NCBI GenBank assembly: GCA_965237905.1
Contig: OZ250172.1
Coordinates: forward strand, 640,001-704,000
DNA: 64,000 bases
Direction: 5' to 3'
DNA from: Nitrospinaceae bacterium
Lineage (GTDB): Bacteria > Nitrospinota > Nitrospinia > Nitrospinales > Nitrospinaceae
Under the pieces are notes generated by a model that was not told the origin of the DNA, searched no databases, and saw only the letters and a program-made list of their open reading frames with translations. Within the stretch, counting starts at the first letter, position 1, and each line of letters begins with the position of its first letter. This document shows positions 10,439 to 20,496 of this stretch, piece by piece. The translations under genes were made by a program, and so were the position numbers.

Positions 10439-11629
10439 ATGAATAAGAAAATCATTCAGCTGACCCAGCGCCATGTCGCCGCCACTTATGGACGCTATCC
10501 TATCGCCCTCGTCAAGGGCAAGGGCATGCACGTCTGGGATGCATCGGGAAACAAGTACCTCGATTTTGTTGCGGGCGTGGCGGTAGACAGCCTGGGGCAT
10601 TGCCACCCTGAAATCGTTCAAGCGATCCGCAAACAGGCCGGGCAATTGATTCACGTCTCCAATTGGTTTCATATCGAACCGCAAGCACGGCTCGCGGCAG
10701 AAATCACCCGGTTGAGTTTCGGCAACAAAGTCTTTTTCTGTAACAGCGGAACTGAAGCCATCGAAGGCGCCATCAAACTGGCGCGGCGGTTTTTTGTCGA
10801 TCAGGGACAAAAAAGCAAAACTGAAATCATCACCACCTATAAAGCGTTCCACGGGCGCACCCTGGGAGCGATGAGCGCGACTCCGCAGGATAAAATTCAA
10901 AAAGGGTTCGGTCCGCTGGTGCCGGGCTTCAAGTACGTTCCGTTCGATGATATTGCGGCGATGAAAAAAGCCGTCACCTCCAAAACCTGCGCGGTGATGG
11001 TCGAACCCATTCAGGGCGAAAGCGGCGTCAACATTCCTTCCAGAACTTACCTTAAGGAATTGCGAAAATTGTGCACCGAAAGGGATGTCTTATTGATCCT
11101 GGATGAAATACAAACTGGATTCGGACGAACCGGTCACCTGTTCGCTTGTCAGGCGTTCGGAGCCAAACCGGATATCATGACCCTCGCCAAGGGTCTCGGT
11201 GCCGGGGTACCCATCGGCGCCCTGGTGATGACGAATCGGGTGGCGAAATCGCTCGGACCGGGCACCCACGGCAGTACTTTCGGTGGCAATCCGTTGGTGT
11301 GCACTGCCGCCCTCGCATCGGTGGCTATCGTGAGTCAAAAGGATTTTCTTAAAAACGTGCGGGAAACAGGAAAGTATTTTCTTTCGCAACTGAAAGAGCT
11401 GTCCCGAAAATTCTCCATCATAAAAGAAGTCCGGGGCATGGGTCTGATTCTGGCCATCGATATCAACGGCTCCTCCGCCAGCGTTGCCAAGGATTGTATG
11501 GAACAGGGAATTCTGGTAAATAGTATTCAGCCGGGGACCCTGCGGTTCATTCCACCTCTGATCGTGTCGCAAAAAAATATAGATGCTTTGATCCGGGTCC
11601 TGACTAAAAGCCTGACCCAACTCTCATAA
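10439..11629 (+). CDS. argD: Acetylornithine aminotransferase (class III PLP)
   Basis: CNSGTEA, FHGRT, EPIQGESG, DEIQTGFGRTG and HGSTFGGNP motifs. Confidence 0.9.
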   Translation: MNKKIIQLTQRHVAATYGRYPIALVKGKGMHVWDASGNKYLDFVAGVAVDSLGHCHPEIVQAIRKQAGQLIHVSNWFHIEPQARLAAEITRLSFGNKVFFCNSGTEAIEGAIKLARRFFVDQGQKSKTEIITTYKAFHGRTLGAMSATPQDKIQKGFGPLVPGFKYVPFDDIAAMKKAVTSKTCAVMVEPIQGESGVNIPSRTYLKELRKLCTERDVLLILDEIQTGFGRTGHLFACQAFGAKPDIMTLAKGLGAGVPIGALVMTNRVAKSLGPGTHGSTFGGNPLVCTAALASVAIVSQKDFLKNVRETGKYFLSQLKELSRKFSIIKEVRGMGLILAIDINGSSASVAKDCMEQGILVNSIQPGTLRFIPPLIVSQKNIDALIRVLTKSLTQLS

Positions 11630-11655
11630 CGAACGTTACCTCTTAAACTGAAGGT

Positions 11656-13401
11656 GTGATGCCCATGGTTCACCCAGCCCATCCTCTCAAAGCGTATCCG
11701 GTTCTCGCCTCCGTCAAAGCACTTTTATTCAAAATAGTGTTTCCAGCTTTACTGATATGGATGGCTTGCGGCAACGCCCCCGCCTTCGCAAAGGAAAAGG
11801 CGGTGGAGCCCCCCAACGATCCGCAAAAAATCCGCCAGATATTGCTTTTGCTTTCCGACCAGACCTTGAGAATCCAAAAAGAACTGGACGGACTCAAAAA
11901 CATGCCTGCCACCAAAACCGTCAACAAGCGGAGAGAGGAATTGATTCTGCAACTGGACGGGTTGAACCATAACTTTGAATCGCTGGCAACCGAACTGCAG
12001 ACCGAGGATTTTTATCTGGGTAAGAAAAAAGAGGATTCAGGCTGGAGCAAGGAACTGGAGGGATTAATACTTCCTCTGCTGGAGGCCGTCAGTGATGTCA
12101 CGGAGAAGCCTCGCAAAATAGAACGACTCAAAAAAAGAGTCGCGGCTCTGGAAACCCAACTCAAAATGTTTGAAGTGGGACAAAACAATATCAAGAGCCT
12201 TCTTACCATGGACAATCAGTCCCTGGACCCGAAGAGCCCCCAAACAAAAAAATACCTGGCCACCCTGGAAAATTTGAAGAACAAATACAACATAGAGCTG
12301 GTTCAGATCAAACTGGAGGAAGCCCGCCGCAACCTGGAAAATGAATTAGAGAGTAGCGAGTCCTTATGGAATGCGGCAACGAAAACGGTCAAGGACTTCT
12401 TCAAACACCGAGGCCTTAACCTTCTGATCACGGTAGCCCTCTTTTTTGCCCTGTGGTACCTGTTGACCAAACTGCGCGTTTTTATCGTGGGCGAAAAGAG
12501 TTTCATCAAAATCCCACCGTGGACACGAAAGCTCCTGGTCACTGCCTATAGTGTGCTGGTTCTCATGCTCTGCGTTGTTTCGAGTCTGGTTGCGCTCTAT
12601 TTTCTAAATGACTGGTTGTTGTTGAGTGTCATCATCCTTTTCATGCTGGCGATCTTCTGGGCCTCGCGCCAGTTCATTCCCCGATTGTTTCAAGAGGTGC
12701 GGCTGGCTCTCAACCTGGGCACCGTGAAAGAAAAAGAACGGCTGATCTGGAACGGCGTTCCCTGGGAAGTTACCAACCTCGGCCTGCAGGCCACCCTTGT
12801 CAATCCTCATCTGGAAGGGGGCCAACTGCAACTGCCTCTGGGAGCGTTGATCGGCAAGCTCTCCCGTCCCATCGTGGCAGACGAACCCTGGTTTCCATCC
12901 CAGACAGGCAACTGGGTCACTCTCTCCGACGGCACCTACGGACAGGTGGAACAACAAACCATGGAACAGGTGGTCCTGCGCCTCAAAGGCAATACGTTGA
13001 AGTTTTATTCAACACCGGAGTTCCTCGGCACAACCCCTATGAACCTGTCGAAGGGTTTTAGATACGATATCGAGTTCGGACTGGATTACAGTGTGCAATC
13101 GCGCATCTGCGATGAAATCCCCCAACTGTTCGAAAAGGGGCTGTGGACTCATCTGGAACGGCACTACCAGAAAGATTCGCCGGACTTCACCTACACGAAG
13201 GTTTCCTTCGACAATGCCGGGAGTAGCGCGCTCAACTTAAAAGTGATCGTCGATGTGGAGGGACATTGCGCCGAACGCTACGAGGAAATCCAGCGGGATA
13301 TCCAGTCCACGCTCGTCCGCATCTGTAACGAGAACAACCTGATCATCCCCTTCAACCAACTCACCGTCACCCTCCCCGACAACCTAAAATCCCAAGCCTG
13401 A
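11656..13401 (+). CDS. Large MscS-like membrane protein with N-terminal coiled coil
   Basis: Signal/TM segment, long helical region, about 3 TM, then an MscS-like C-terminus (FGLDYS, FDNAGSSALN, IPFNQLTV). Confidence 0.6.
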   Translation: MMPMVHPAHPLKAYPVLASVKALLFKIVFPALLIWMACGNAPAFAKEKAVEPPNDPQKIRQILLLLSDQTLRIQKELDGLKNMPATKTVNKRREELILQLDGLNHNFESLATELQTEDFYLGKKKEDSGWSKELEGLILPLLEAVSDVTEKPRKIERLKKRVAALETQLKMFEVGQNNIKSLLTMDNQSLDPKSPQTKKYLATLENLKNKYNIELVQIKLEEARRNLENELESSESLWNAATKTVKDFFKHRGLNLLITVALFFALWYLLTKLRVFIVGEKSFIKIPPWTRKLLVTAYSVLVLMLCVVSSLVALYFLNDWLLLSVIILFMLAIFWASRQFIPRLFQEVRLALNLGTVKEKERLIWNGVPWEVTNLGLQATLVNPHLEGGQLQLPLGALIGKLSRPIVADEPWFPSQTGNWVTLSDGTYGQVEQQTMEQVVLRLKGNTLKFYSTPEFLGTTPMNLSKGFRYDIEFGLDYSVQSRICDEIPQLFEKGLWTHLERHYQKDSPDFTYTKVSFDNAGSSALNLKVIVDVEGHCAERYEEIQRDIQSTLVRICNENNLIIPFNQLTVTLPDNLKSQA

Positions 13402-13463
13402 TTGTGAATCCCTCTATTCGCACAGAATAATAAAAATATTCCATTTCCACTTCATAATGCGAA

Positions 13464-14978
13464 TCATCTGGGGTTCCCCAGTCCTTTCAACAGTTCCTTT
13501 AATTTGGGTTGCAGATGATACCAAAACTCGGAGAAAATCTTGTGCATCCTCCATTGGGTCCCCAAGTTGATCGCAATGGATAAGATCAATCCCCCCAGAA
13601 CCAGGGGTTGGTTCCACAAACTCAAAAATATTTTTTTCAAGCCGTCCCATAAAAACAGATTGGTCAGGGCGTCCCAAATTCCTTTCACAGTATCCCAAAG
13701 GGTGGCCGGGTTCGACGCTCTTACTTCTGTAATGAAGTACCCTACAAGAATCCACAACGTACAGGCGACAAAACCGAAGTAGGCCGCCGCCCGGAGCCAA
13801 ACCAGCCACTTATATTTTTTCAAAAGAGATTCGTTTCCGTTGTGCGCGTTCAGAATTTCTTTTTCAATGTCTTCGTAATTTCCTGAGGGCGCATCGGTCG
13901 ATACGATTTTCAGGGCTCCGGGAAGGTTGCCGGGGAAATAGCCCTCGGTTGCCTGCGAGATTCGAGCCACAGTGCTGATGTGGATTTTGGGGGTGATGTT
14001 GTTGTCTTTTCCGTAAATCTCTTTGATATTCCGGGGCCAGTATCGGTAGTAGACTGCTAACCCCGACCGGGAGTCATAGAGTTTGTCGTGGACATTCCGG
14101 TGAGTTTTGTAAAGCTCCCAGTCATGGCCCAAGAATTTTAATCCCGCGGTCCCGGCCCGGGCCATCATCCAGTCGAGAGAGACCAACGACATCCCTTGTA
14201 TCGGATAGCCGCCCCCGACATTAGAGTGAACCCCGGAAAACCAGACCTGCTCGATCCGATCTCCCTGGTTTTTCTCGTCCCACATGACAGGGGAAAAAGT
14301 GCCGCGCTCGTCGTCGATGGCCAGGGCGTGGCAAGCCTTCCCCACTTTTTTATTCAGCGTAGGGGTGTTGAACGTGAATTTATAAAGTAGATTAAGGAAT
14401 TTTGTCGCCGCGTCGGAGGGCAGGCCGACCGCGTCCACCGTGTCCCACACTCCGATAAAGCGAATGCTGGCGACTTCTCGAAACGCTTCTTCTTTTACCG
14501 TGCCCAGGCCGAACAGCCATTTGATCCCCTTAAACAGCCAGCCCAACACCGACCAATACTTGTTACGGTTATTGGAGTAGGCTCTTCTGACCTGTTTTAG
14601 AAAGTCGGCATCGTCGTCGCACTTTGACGGGTCCAGCAGACCGCGGGAGCAGATGAAGTCGGCCAGGGTGCGCACGGTGAACGCGCCGCGGCTGAACCCG
14701 AACAGGAAGATCCGGTCATTGGGTTTATAAACCCTGGAGAGGTCCGCGTACAGTTCCTTGACGTTCCGGCTGAGACCCCAGCCAAAGGCGCCGCCGAGCA
14801 GTTTCAACAGTTTCAATTTTTGCGTTCCCACGCCATCGTCATAAATGGCGACCTGTTGTTCCGCCGGCGGCGGTTGGTGAAGGTCCACCGCTTCATAGAG
14901 TTTGAACACGTTGGTGCCGCGCCCCTTGCTGGCAGTGTTGCCCGTGCCATCGGAGCAGATCACGATATTCTTCGCCAT
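13464..14978 (-). CDS. DUF2235 (Tle1-like) alpha/beta hydrolase with C-terminal membrane helices
   Basis: CSDGTGN, TNV, GFSRGA, GVWDTV, HALAIDDER and WFSGVHSNVGGGY motifs. Confidence 0.9.
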   Translation of the reverse strand: MAKNIVICSDGTGNTASKGRGTNVFKLYEAVDLHQPPPAEQQVAIYDDGVGTQKLKLLKLLGGAFGWGLSRNVKELYADLSRVYKPNDRIFLFGFSRGAFTVRTLADFICSRGLLDPSKCDDDADFLKQVRRAYSNNRNKYWSVLGWLFKGIKWLFGLGTVKEEAFREVASIRFIGVWDTVDAVGLPSDAATKFLNLLYKFTFNTPTLNKKVGKACHALAIDDERGTFSPVMWDEKNQGDRIEQVWFSGVHSNVGGGYPIQGMSLVSLDWMMARAGTAGLKFLGHDWELYKTHRNVHDKLYDSRSGLAVYYRYWPRNIKEIYGKDNNITPKIHISTVARISQATEGYFPGNLPGALKIVSTDAPSGNYEDIEKEILNAHNGNESLLKKYKWLVWLRAAAYFGFVACTLWILVGYFITEVRASNPATLWDTVKGIWDALTNLFLWDGLKKIFLSLWNQPLVLGGLILSIAINLGTQWRMHKIFSEFWYHLQPKLKELLKGLGNPR

Positions 14979-15333
14979 GATAAGTCCCCCCTCAGAGATG
15001 ATTGCTACCTTGATGATGTGGATTCCCGCACGCTCTTTGATGGCTTTTCTTATACCTACCGGCCATTCCTCATACTATTTTTTACTCTTCCTCTTAATCT
15101 TCTCCAAAACGACGGATATTTTTAAAGTTCCTTTGAGCTGGGCATTACCTCTGTCGTCTCTTCCCTTACCATCAAATTTCACTCTCAGGGATGAAAAATG
15201 GCTTCCGGCAACACCCGGCCTTTTGGAAATGTCATTCCACCGATGATTCTCGCCTGGGAAGTAGTAAGAAAATTTGGTTGAACGATTCCTGTTAATCTTC
15301 TTTATCAAGTATCCAGGCGGTGCTGGAATCCTG

Positions 15334-15399
15334 ATTGCTTGAGTTCTTTGCAAGAAGGTATTCTTTATTGCTTGAGTTCTTTGCAAGAAGGTATTCTTT
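15334..15399. repeat. Perfect 33-bp tandem duplication (2 copies)
   Basis: attgcttgagttctttgcaagaaggtattcttt occurs twice in tandem, encoding KNTFLQRTQAI x2. Confidence 0.97.
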
Positions 15400-15676
15400 C
15401 TATAAAATTCCGCTATTGAATAAGACACAATAACAACAATACTTTTCCCATTCTTAATTATGGTTGCTCCTTCGGTTCTAACATCGACCTGGGTCCTGCT
15501 TCCCTTTTTACTGTTAACATCCGCATCGGTGCCCGATATGTGGCGAATTCTGGTGAAATAGACAGGTTTTTCAAGAACATATTTTTTTGCCATATTTGGA
15601 GTAATTATTACCGACGATATTGGTCTTGGTGGTACGGGCCTTATTGGCGGTACGAGTGTTGGCCGTACTGGTGCTG

Positions 15677-15752
15677 GTGTTGGCGGTACGGGTGTCGGCA
15701 GTACGGGTGTCGGCAGTACGGGTGTTGGCGGTACGGGTGTTAGCACGGGTGT
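15677..15752. repeat. 15-bp tandem repeat encoding a Pro/Thr-rich linker
   Basis: ggcRgtacgggtgtY units, translating to TPVPP/TPVLP. Confidence 0.9.
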
Positions 15753-15849
15753 TCTGGAGAGACCGAGTGACTTTTCCATCTCCGGATCGAATAGAGCTTT
15801 TTTCCAATTGACCGCTAATTGGATTTGGGGAACTTCCAATCCCTGGGTG

Positions 15850-16260
15850 TTCTCTAAATTGGCTCCTTCCAAATTGGCCCCTTCGAGGTTGGCTCCTTGG
15901 AGGTTGGCTCCTTGGAGCTCAGCCTCTTGGAGATTAGCATTCTGCTTTTTGGAGGTTGGCCTCTTGGAGACTTGTCTCTTGGAGGTTGGCATCATGGAGT
16001 TTGGCTTTCTGGAGGTCGGCCTTTTGGAGATCGGCTCCCAGGAGTTTGGCCTCTTGGAGTTTGGCCTCCCGGAGGTCAGCCCCTTGGAGTTTGGCTCTCT
16101 TGAGGTTGGCCTCTCGGAGGTTGGCATCCTGGAGGTCAGCCCCTTGGAGTTCAGCCCCTTGGAGTTCAGCTTCTTGAAGGTTCGAATTTCTCAAATGGGC
16201 TTCGTGCAGGTCCGCTCCATCAAAATTGGTTCCAACAAGTTGGGCGTTTACCAGAAAGAC
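15850..16260. repeat. 15-bp pentapeptide repeat array
   Basis: Many degenerate units like ttggaggttggcctc, encoding A-x-L-Q-x pentapeptides. Confidence 0.92.
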
Positions 16261-16659
16261 ATTATGCGCATTGGCATGGGACAAATCTTTTCCTGAAAGA
16301 ACCGCTCCCTCGACACCCTTGGTAGGATTTTCAGGGTTCCAGTTTTTGGGCTTGATCGAAACTTCCTGGTAATCGATATCTGGAGCTCTAAGATATTTGA
16401 TTAAAAAACTATCAGTCTTGTATTGGTAGAAAATCCATCCCGCAAGCCCAATGATGACTGTGAATCCAAGGGCATCGAGACCATGTTTCTGCAGAAAACC
16501 TCCTTCTGAGTTCCGGCCCTCTGTGGCGAGAGTTCGCCGGGCCATTCCCAGATAATCCCAGGCCAACAACCAACCAATCAGAGCGGCCAGGAAATGAGCT
16601 TCAATAAGCCAATCAATCTGACTGCCCAAAGATGCGACCCAGAAAAATAACAGGCAAAT

Positions 16660-16833
16660 GGGCGTGGCGAACCAGGCCAGAAGTAGACCGATAAACTCGT
16701 GGGACCATCGAATAGATTTCTTGGTTCCCTTCGAACTTTCAAAGTTGGGTGTGGCGAACCAGCCCAGAAGTGAATCGAGAAGACTGTGGGATTGCTGAAT
16801 AGACTCTTTGTCTCCCTTCGAATCCTCAAAGTA
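16660..16833. repeat. Diverged 87-bp tandem duplication
   Basis: gggYgtggcgaaccag...cccttcgaa...tcaaagt starts at 16660 and again at 16747. It encodes FExSKGxKxSI..SH...LLxWFATP twice. Confidence 0.9.
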
Positions 16834-17650
16834 ATGCGTCGCCCAACTGTTGAGGGCCCACGGCAGGACTTTGGCGCCCAAAGGTGTATTGTCGGTCAAC
16901 ATGCGCGGCAGTTGCGCCAGTAACCAACAATGCTTCATCAGGTAATGATGAAAGTAAACAAACAAGGCCAATAGAAACCAGGGGGCGAGATAATAAAACC
17001 ATTTGAAGGAAACACGGGTCCCGATGATAGGAAGCGGGAAACCGGTGGAAGTGGAAAATGTCAGCAGTTGCGCACCTTCGGCGGAAAGAATGGTCAACCC
17101 GCAAAACGCCAGGGCACCCAGCAGGGTTATGAACAAGGTGCGGATCATCCGGGAACTATCGTTCATGTTATCGATCCGGTCCTCGAAATAACGCTCCGAA
17201 GGCATTTTGGCGTTGGATACATTGGCCCCTCCAAATTGCGTGCCATCGGTATTGGCATTCTCCAAATTAGCTTTGACCAGCTTTGCACCCCGTAAATTGG
17301 CATTGGATAAATCGGCATCACCGAAATCGACCCCGGAAAGGTCGGAACCACTGAGATCCACTCCTCTGAGGTTTTGACTAGAAATATTCCAATTCCTTAG
17401 ATCGTATTTCTGCAATTTCAGGCGCCGGTCTTTTTGTTTTTCCTGGTCTTCCGGGGATAGCTTCAGCCATTCATGGTGGAGCTCGAGTTTGTCGTTGAGG
17501 GAGGGCGCTGATTCGTTCTCTGGAGGTTTTGGGGTTTCGTCGTTCATGGGAAAGCCCTCTTAGGTATAGCGATACGCGGATTATAACCCTAATATTTCCA
17601 AATGGGCAATTAAATCCCATCGTTTCGGAAACCTTTTCAGATTGTTGTCG

Positions 17651-17843
17651 CCCTTCGACAGGCTCTTCATAAAAGGCAAAAGGAGGAATCCCCCGGCCCC
17701 CTTTACAAGGGGGAGCACATAAAACCCAGGTTCTTCGTCGGCTTTGCCTCCTCAGAATGACAATTCAATATTGACTGTCATTCTGAACTTCAGCGAAGGA
17801 TCTAGGTTTCCCATCCTGTTTTTCCTGTTATCCTGTCAAAATA
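17651..17843. repeat. Composite cluster of REP-like palindromic repeats
   Basis: Contains the hairpin cccccttTACaaggggg, the inverted pair tcagaatgaca...tgtcattctga, and an atcctgtt-type short repeat ending tcctgttatcctgtcaaaata. Confidence 0.7.
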
Positions 17844-17922
17844 TTTTATTTGCAGTTTGGGGGCTTATTAATCAAAATACCCCTTTAAAATTAAGTCATT
17901 AGAAACCTCTCATCTCATCTGA

Positions 17923-19045
<1,123 letters not shown>

Positions 19046-19047
<2 letters not shown>

Positions 19048-19221
19048 TGCGAATCTTCACTCCTGAGGAATACTTCTTGCGGGTTCTACGGCGGATATCT
19101 TTAACGACTGATTCACTCGATACATTCTTGTTCATAATAACCCCTATTTTAAGGAAAGTTTAACAGAAAGTATCTCTTCGCTTATTACCCCATACGGTTC
19201 ACTTTTGGTTGACGTTAAACA
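19046..19221 (-). mobile_element. IS3-family insertion sequence remnant (left end plus start of OrfA)
   Basis: Minus strand 19135-19034 reads [33 protein letters not shown], like the IS3 OrfA N-terminus (VVKDIRRxTRRxYSxEEKIRI). A TG-initiated IR-like end, TGTTTAACGTCAACCAAAAGTG, starts at 19221. Confidence 0.75.
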
Positions 19222-19321
19222 ATTTAACCAATTGACTACATCGCTGGGTGAAACAGCTTTCACGATACAATTTCAAAACAAAAGGGCCTAGACGCAACGA
19301 TTAGCCCCTTTCATACTAAAG

Positions 19322-19368
19322 TAGAGCTGGGGGTGGGATCAAACCCCCGACCTCTTGAGTAAGAGTCA
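19322..19368 (-). pseudogene. Degenerate 3' half of a tRNA (Thr-like), possible att-site relic
   Basis: Reverse complement tgactcttactcaagaggtcgggggtttgatcccacccccagctcta shows decayed anticodon arm, T arm and acceptor 3' strand. No 5' half was found. Confidence 0.5.
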
Positions 19369-19525
19369 CAAACGTGACCTCTGACTTAAAAAGTGGTACA
19401 AGTATCTAGGTAGGTCAAAGAACGTAATTCAATTGGAAACCGGGGACCCTAGTAACTCCACATCAAAGGGTGGGAGAGGCTTGTAGGCTTAAGCTAAAAA
19501 ATATCCAAATCATTCCGAGGAAGTT

Positions 19526-20305
19526 ATGAATAAGAGACATAGAGTACAGTTTCCAAAATCCGAATCATTCGGTAGCGATCAAGATGAAAGCTATTTCTAT
19601 CTTCATGGCACAAGTAAAAAGAGAAAGATAAAGTTCCACGACTACGACGAGATTTATCAGGTGCCCGGTTTATATGAACAGATATTTTATGATCGCCTGA
19701 AATGCACATCTCCAAGTAAAGTGGCTTCTATTCTCGAATCGTCTATAAAACAATCCCAAGATAATTTTACTGAACTTCGAGTGTTAGATTTGGGCGCAGG
19801 GAATGGCATGATGGGGGAGGAACTAAAAAAGCATGGCATATCACGATTAATAGGCATAGATATTATTCCAGAAGCTTATGAAGCGCTTATTCGCGATAGG
19901 CCGGGAATGTATGATGCCTATTATGTTGAGGATTTTTGCGAACTCAGTGGAGAAAAGAAAGACGAAATAGAGTCTTGGCAATGCGACTGTATGGTAACTG
20001 TTGCGGCACTTGGTTTTGGCGATATCCCAACAAAAGCATTCGTGAATGCGTTCAATATTATTAAGAACGAGGGATGGATAGGGTTCAACATAAAAGATAC
20101 ATTCCTTGATAATAACGATGAAACTGGGTTTTCCAAATTGATACGAGAATTAATTTTCTCAAAATATCTTGATATCTACCACATCGAGCGGTACAGACAT
20201 AGACTATCAATTGATGGCCAGCCACTTCATTATTTTGCGGTTGCGGGTAGAAAAAATGCAGCTATTCCGCCAGAGTTTTTGGAATCAAAAGGAATTTCAA
20301 TCTGA
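19526..20305 (+). CDS. Class I SAM-dependent methyltransferase
   Basis: VLDLGAGNG motif I and IGIDI; visibly AT-rich codon usage. Confidence 0.85.
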   Translation: MNKRHRVQFPKSESFGSDQDESYFYLHGTSKKRKIKFHDYDEIYQVPGLYEQIFYDRLKCTSPSKVASILESSIKQSQDNFTELRVLDLGAGNGMMGEELKKHGISRLIGIDIIPEAYEALIRDRPGMYDAYYVEDFCELSGEKKDEIESWQCDCMVTVAALGFGDIPTKAFVNAFNIIKNEGWIGFNIKDTFLDNNDETGFSKLIRELIFSKYLDIYHIERYRHRLSIDGQPLHYFAVAGRKNAAIPPEFLESKGISI

Positions 20306-20427
20306 TGTTTCTAACTATCAGCACCAAGGTTCTGTGGCCTTGGGATATTTAAATCTTGATGTATTCAATTTAAACCACGCTGAGGAATGAAGCCGCTCTT
20401 TCCCTACCTCTTCAACACGACCAAGTT

Positions 20428-20451
20428 TATAATACCTGAAGAAATTTCTTC
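20428..20451 (+). promoter_or_regulatory. TATAAT box followed by a perfect 14-bp palindrome (candidate operator)
   Basis: tataat at 20428-20433 and gaagaaatttcttc at 20438-20451, upstream of the ABC ATPase gene. Confidence 0.45.
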
Positions 20452-20496
20452 TTGAGGTCCCTTTGATGAATCCTATAGTGGATTCGATACGTATCT

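Larger units (their letters stand above)
15075..17547 (-). pseudogene. Membrane pentapeptide-repeat protein split by a frameshift near 15939-15945
   Basis: ORF 15934..17547 ends inside an A(N/D/E)LQ(E/G) array. The array resumes in the +1 frame (ANLQEAELQGANLQG...) in ORF 15075..16127, followed by a Pro-rich linker and a C-terminal domain. Confidence 0.75.

Noticed and set aside
15940..15955. Programmed ribosomal frameshift at the A-run
   Set aside because: Only five A's, no canonical X XXY YYZ heptamer, and the needed shift is +1. A truncated repeat unit explains it more simply.
15937..16127. N-terminal part of ORF 15075..16127 (PTS/PNS repeats) as a real protein start
   Set aside because: It is the +1 frame reading of the pentapeptide array of the upstream ORF
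15850..16260. Regular repeat array considered as a CRISPR
   Set aside because: Contiguous degenerate 15-nt coding units without unique spacers, and no cas genes
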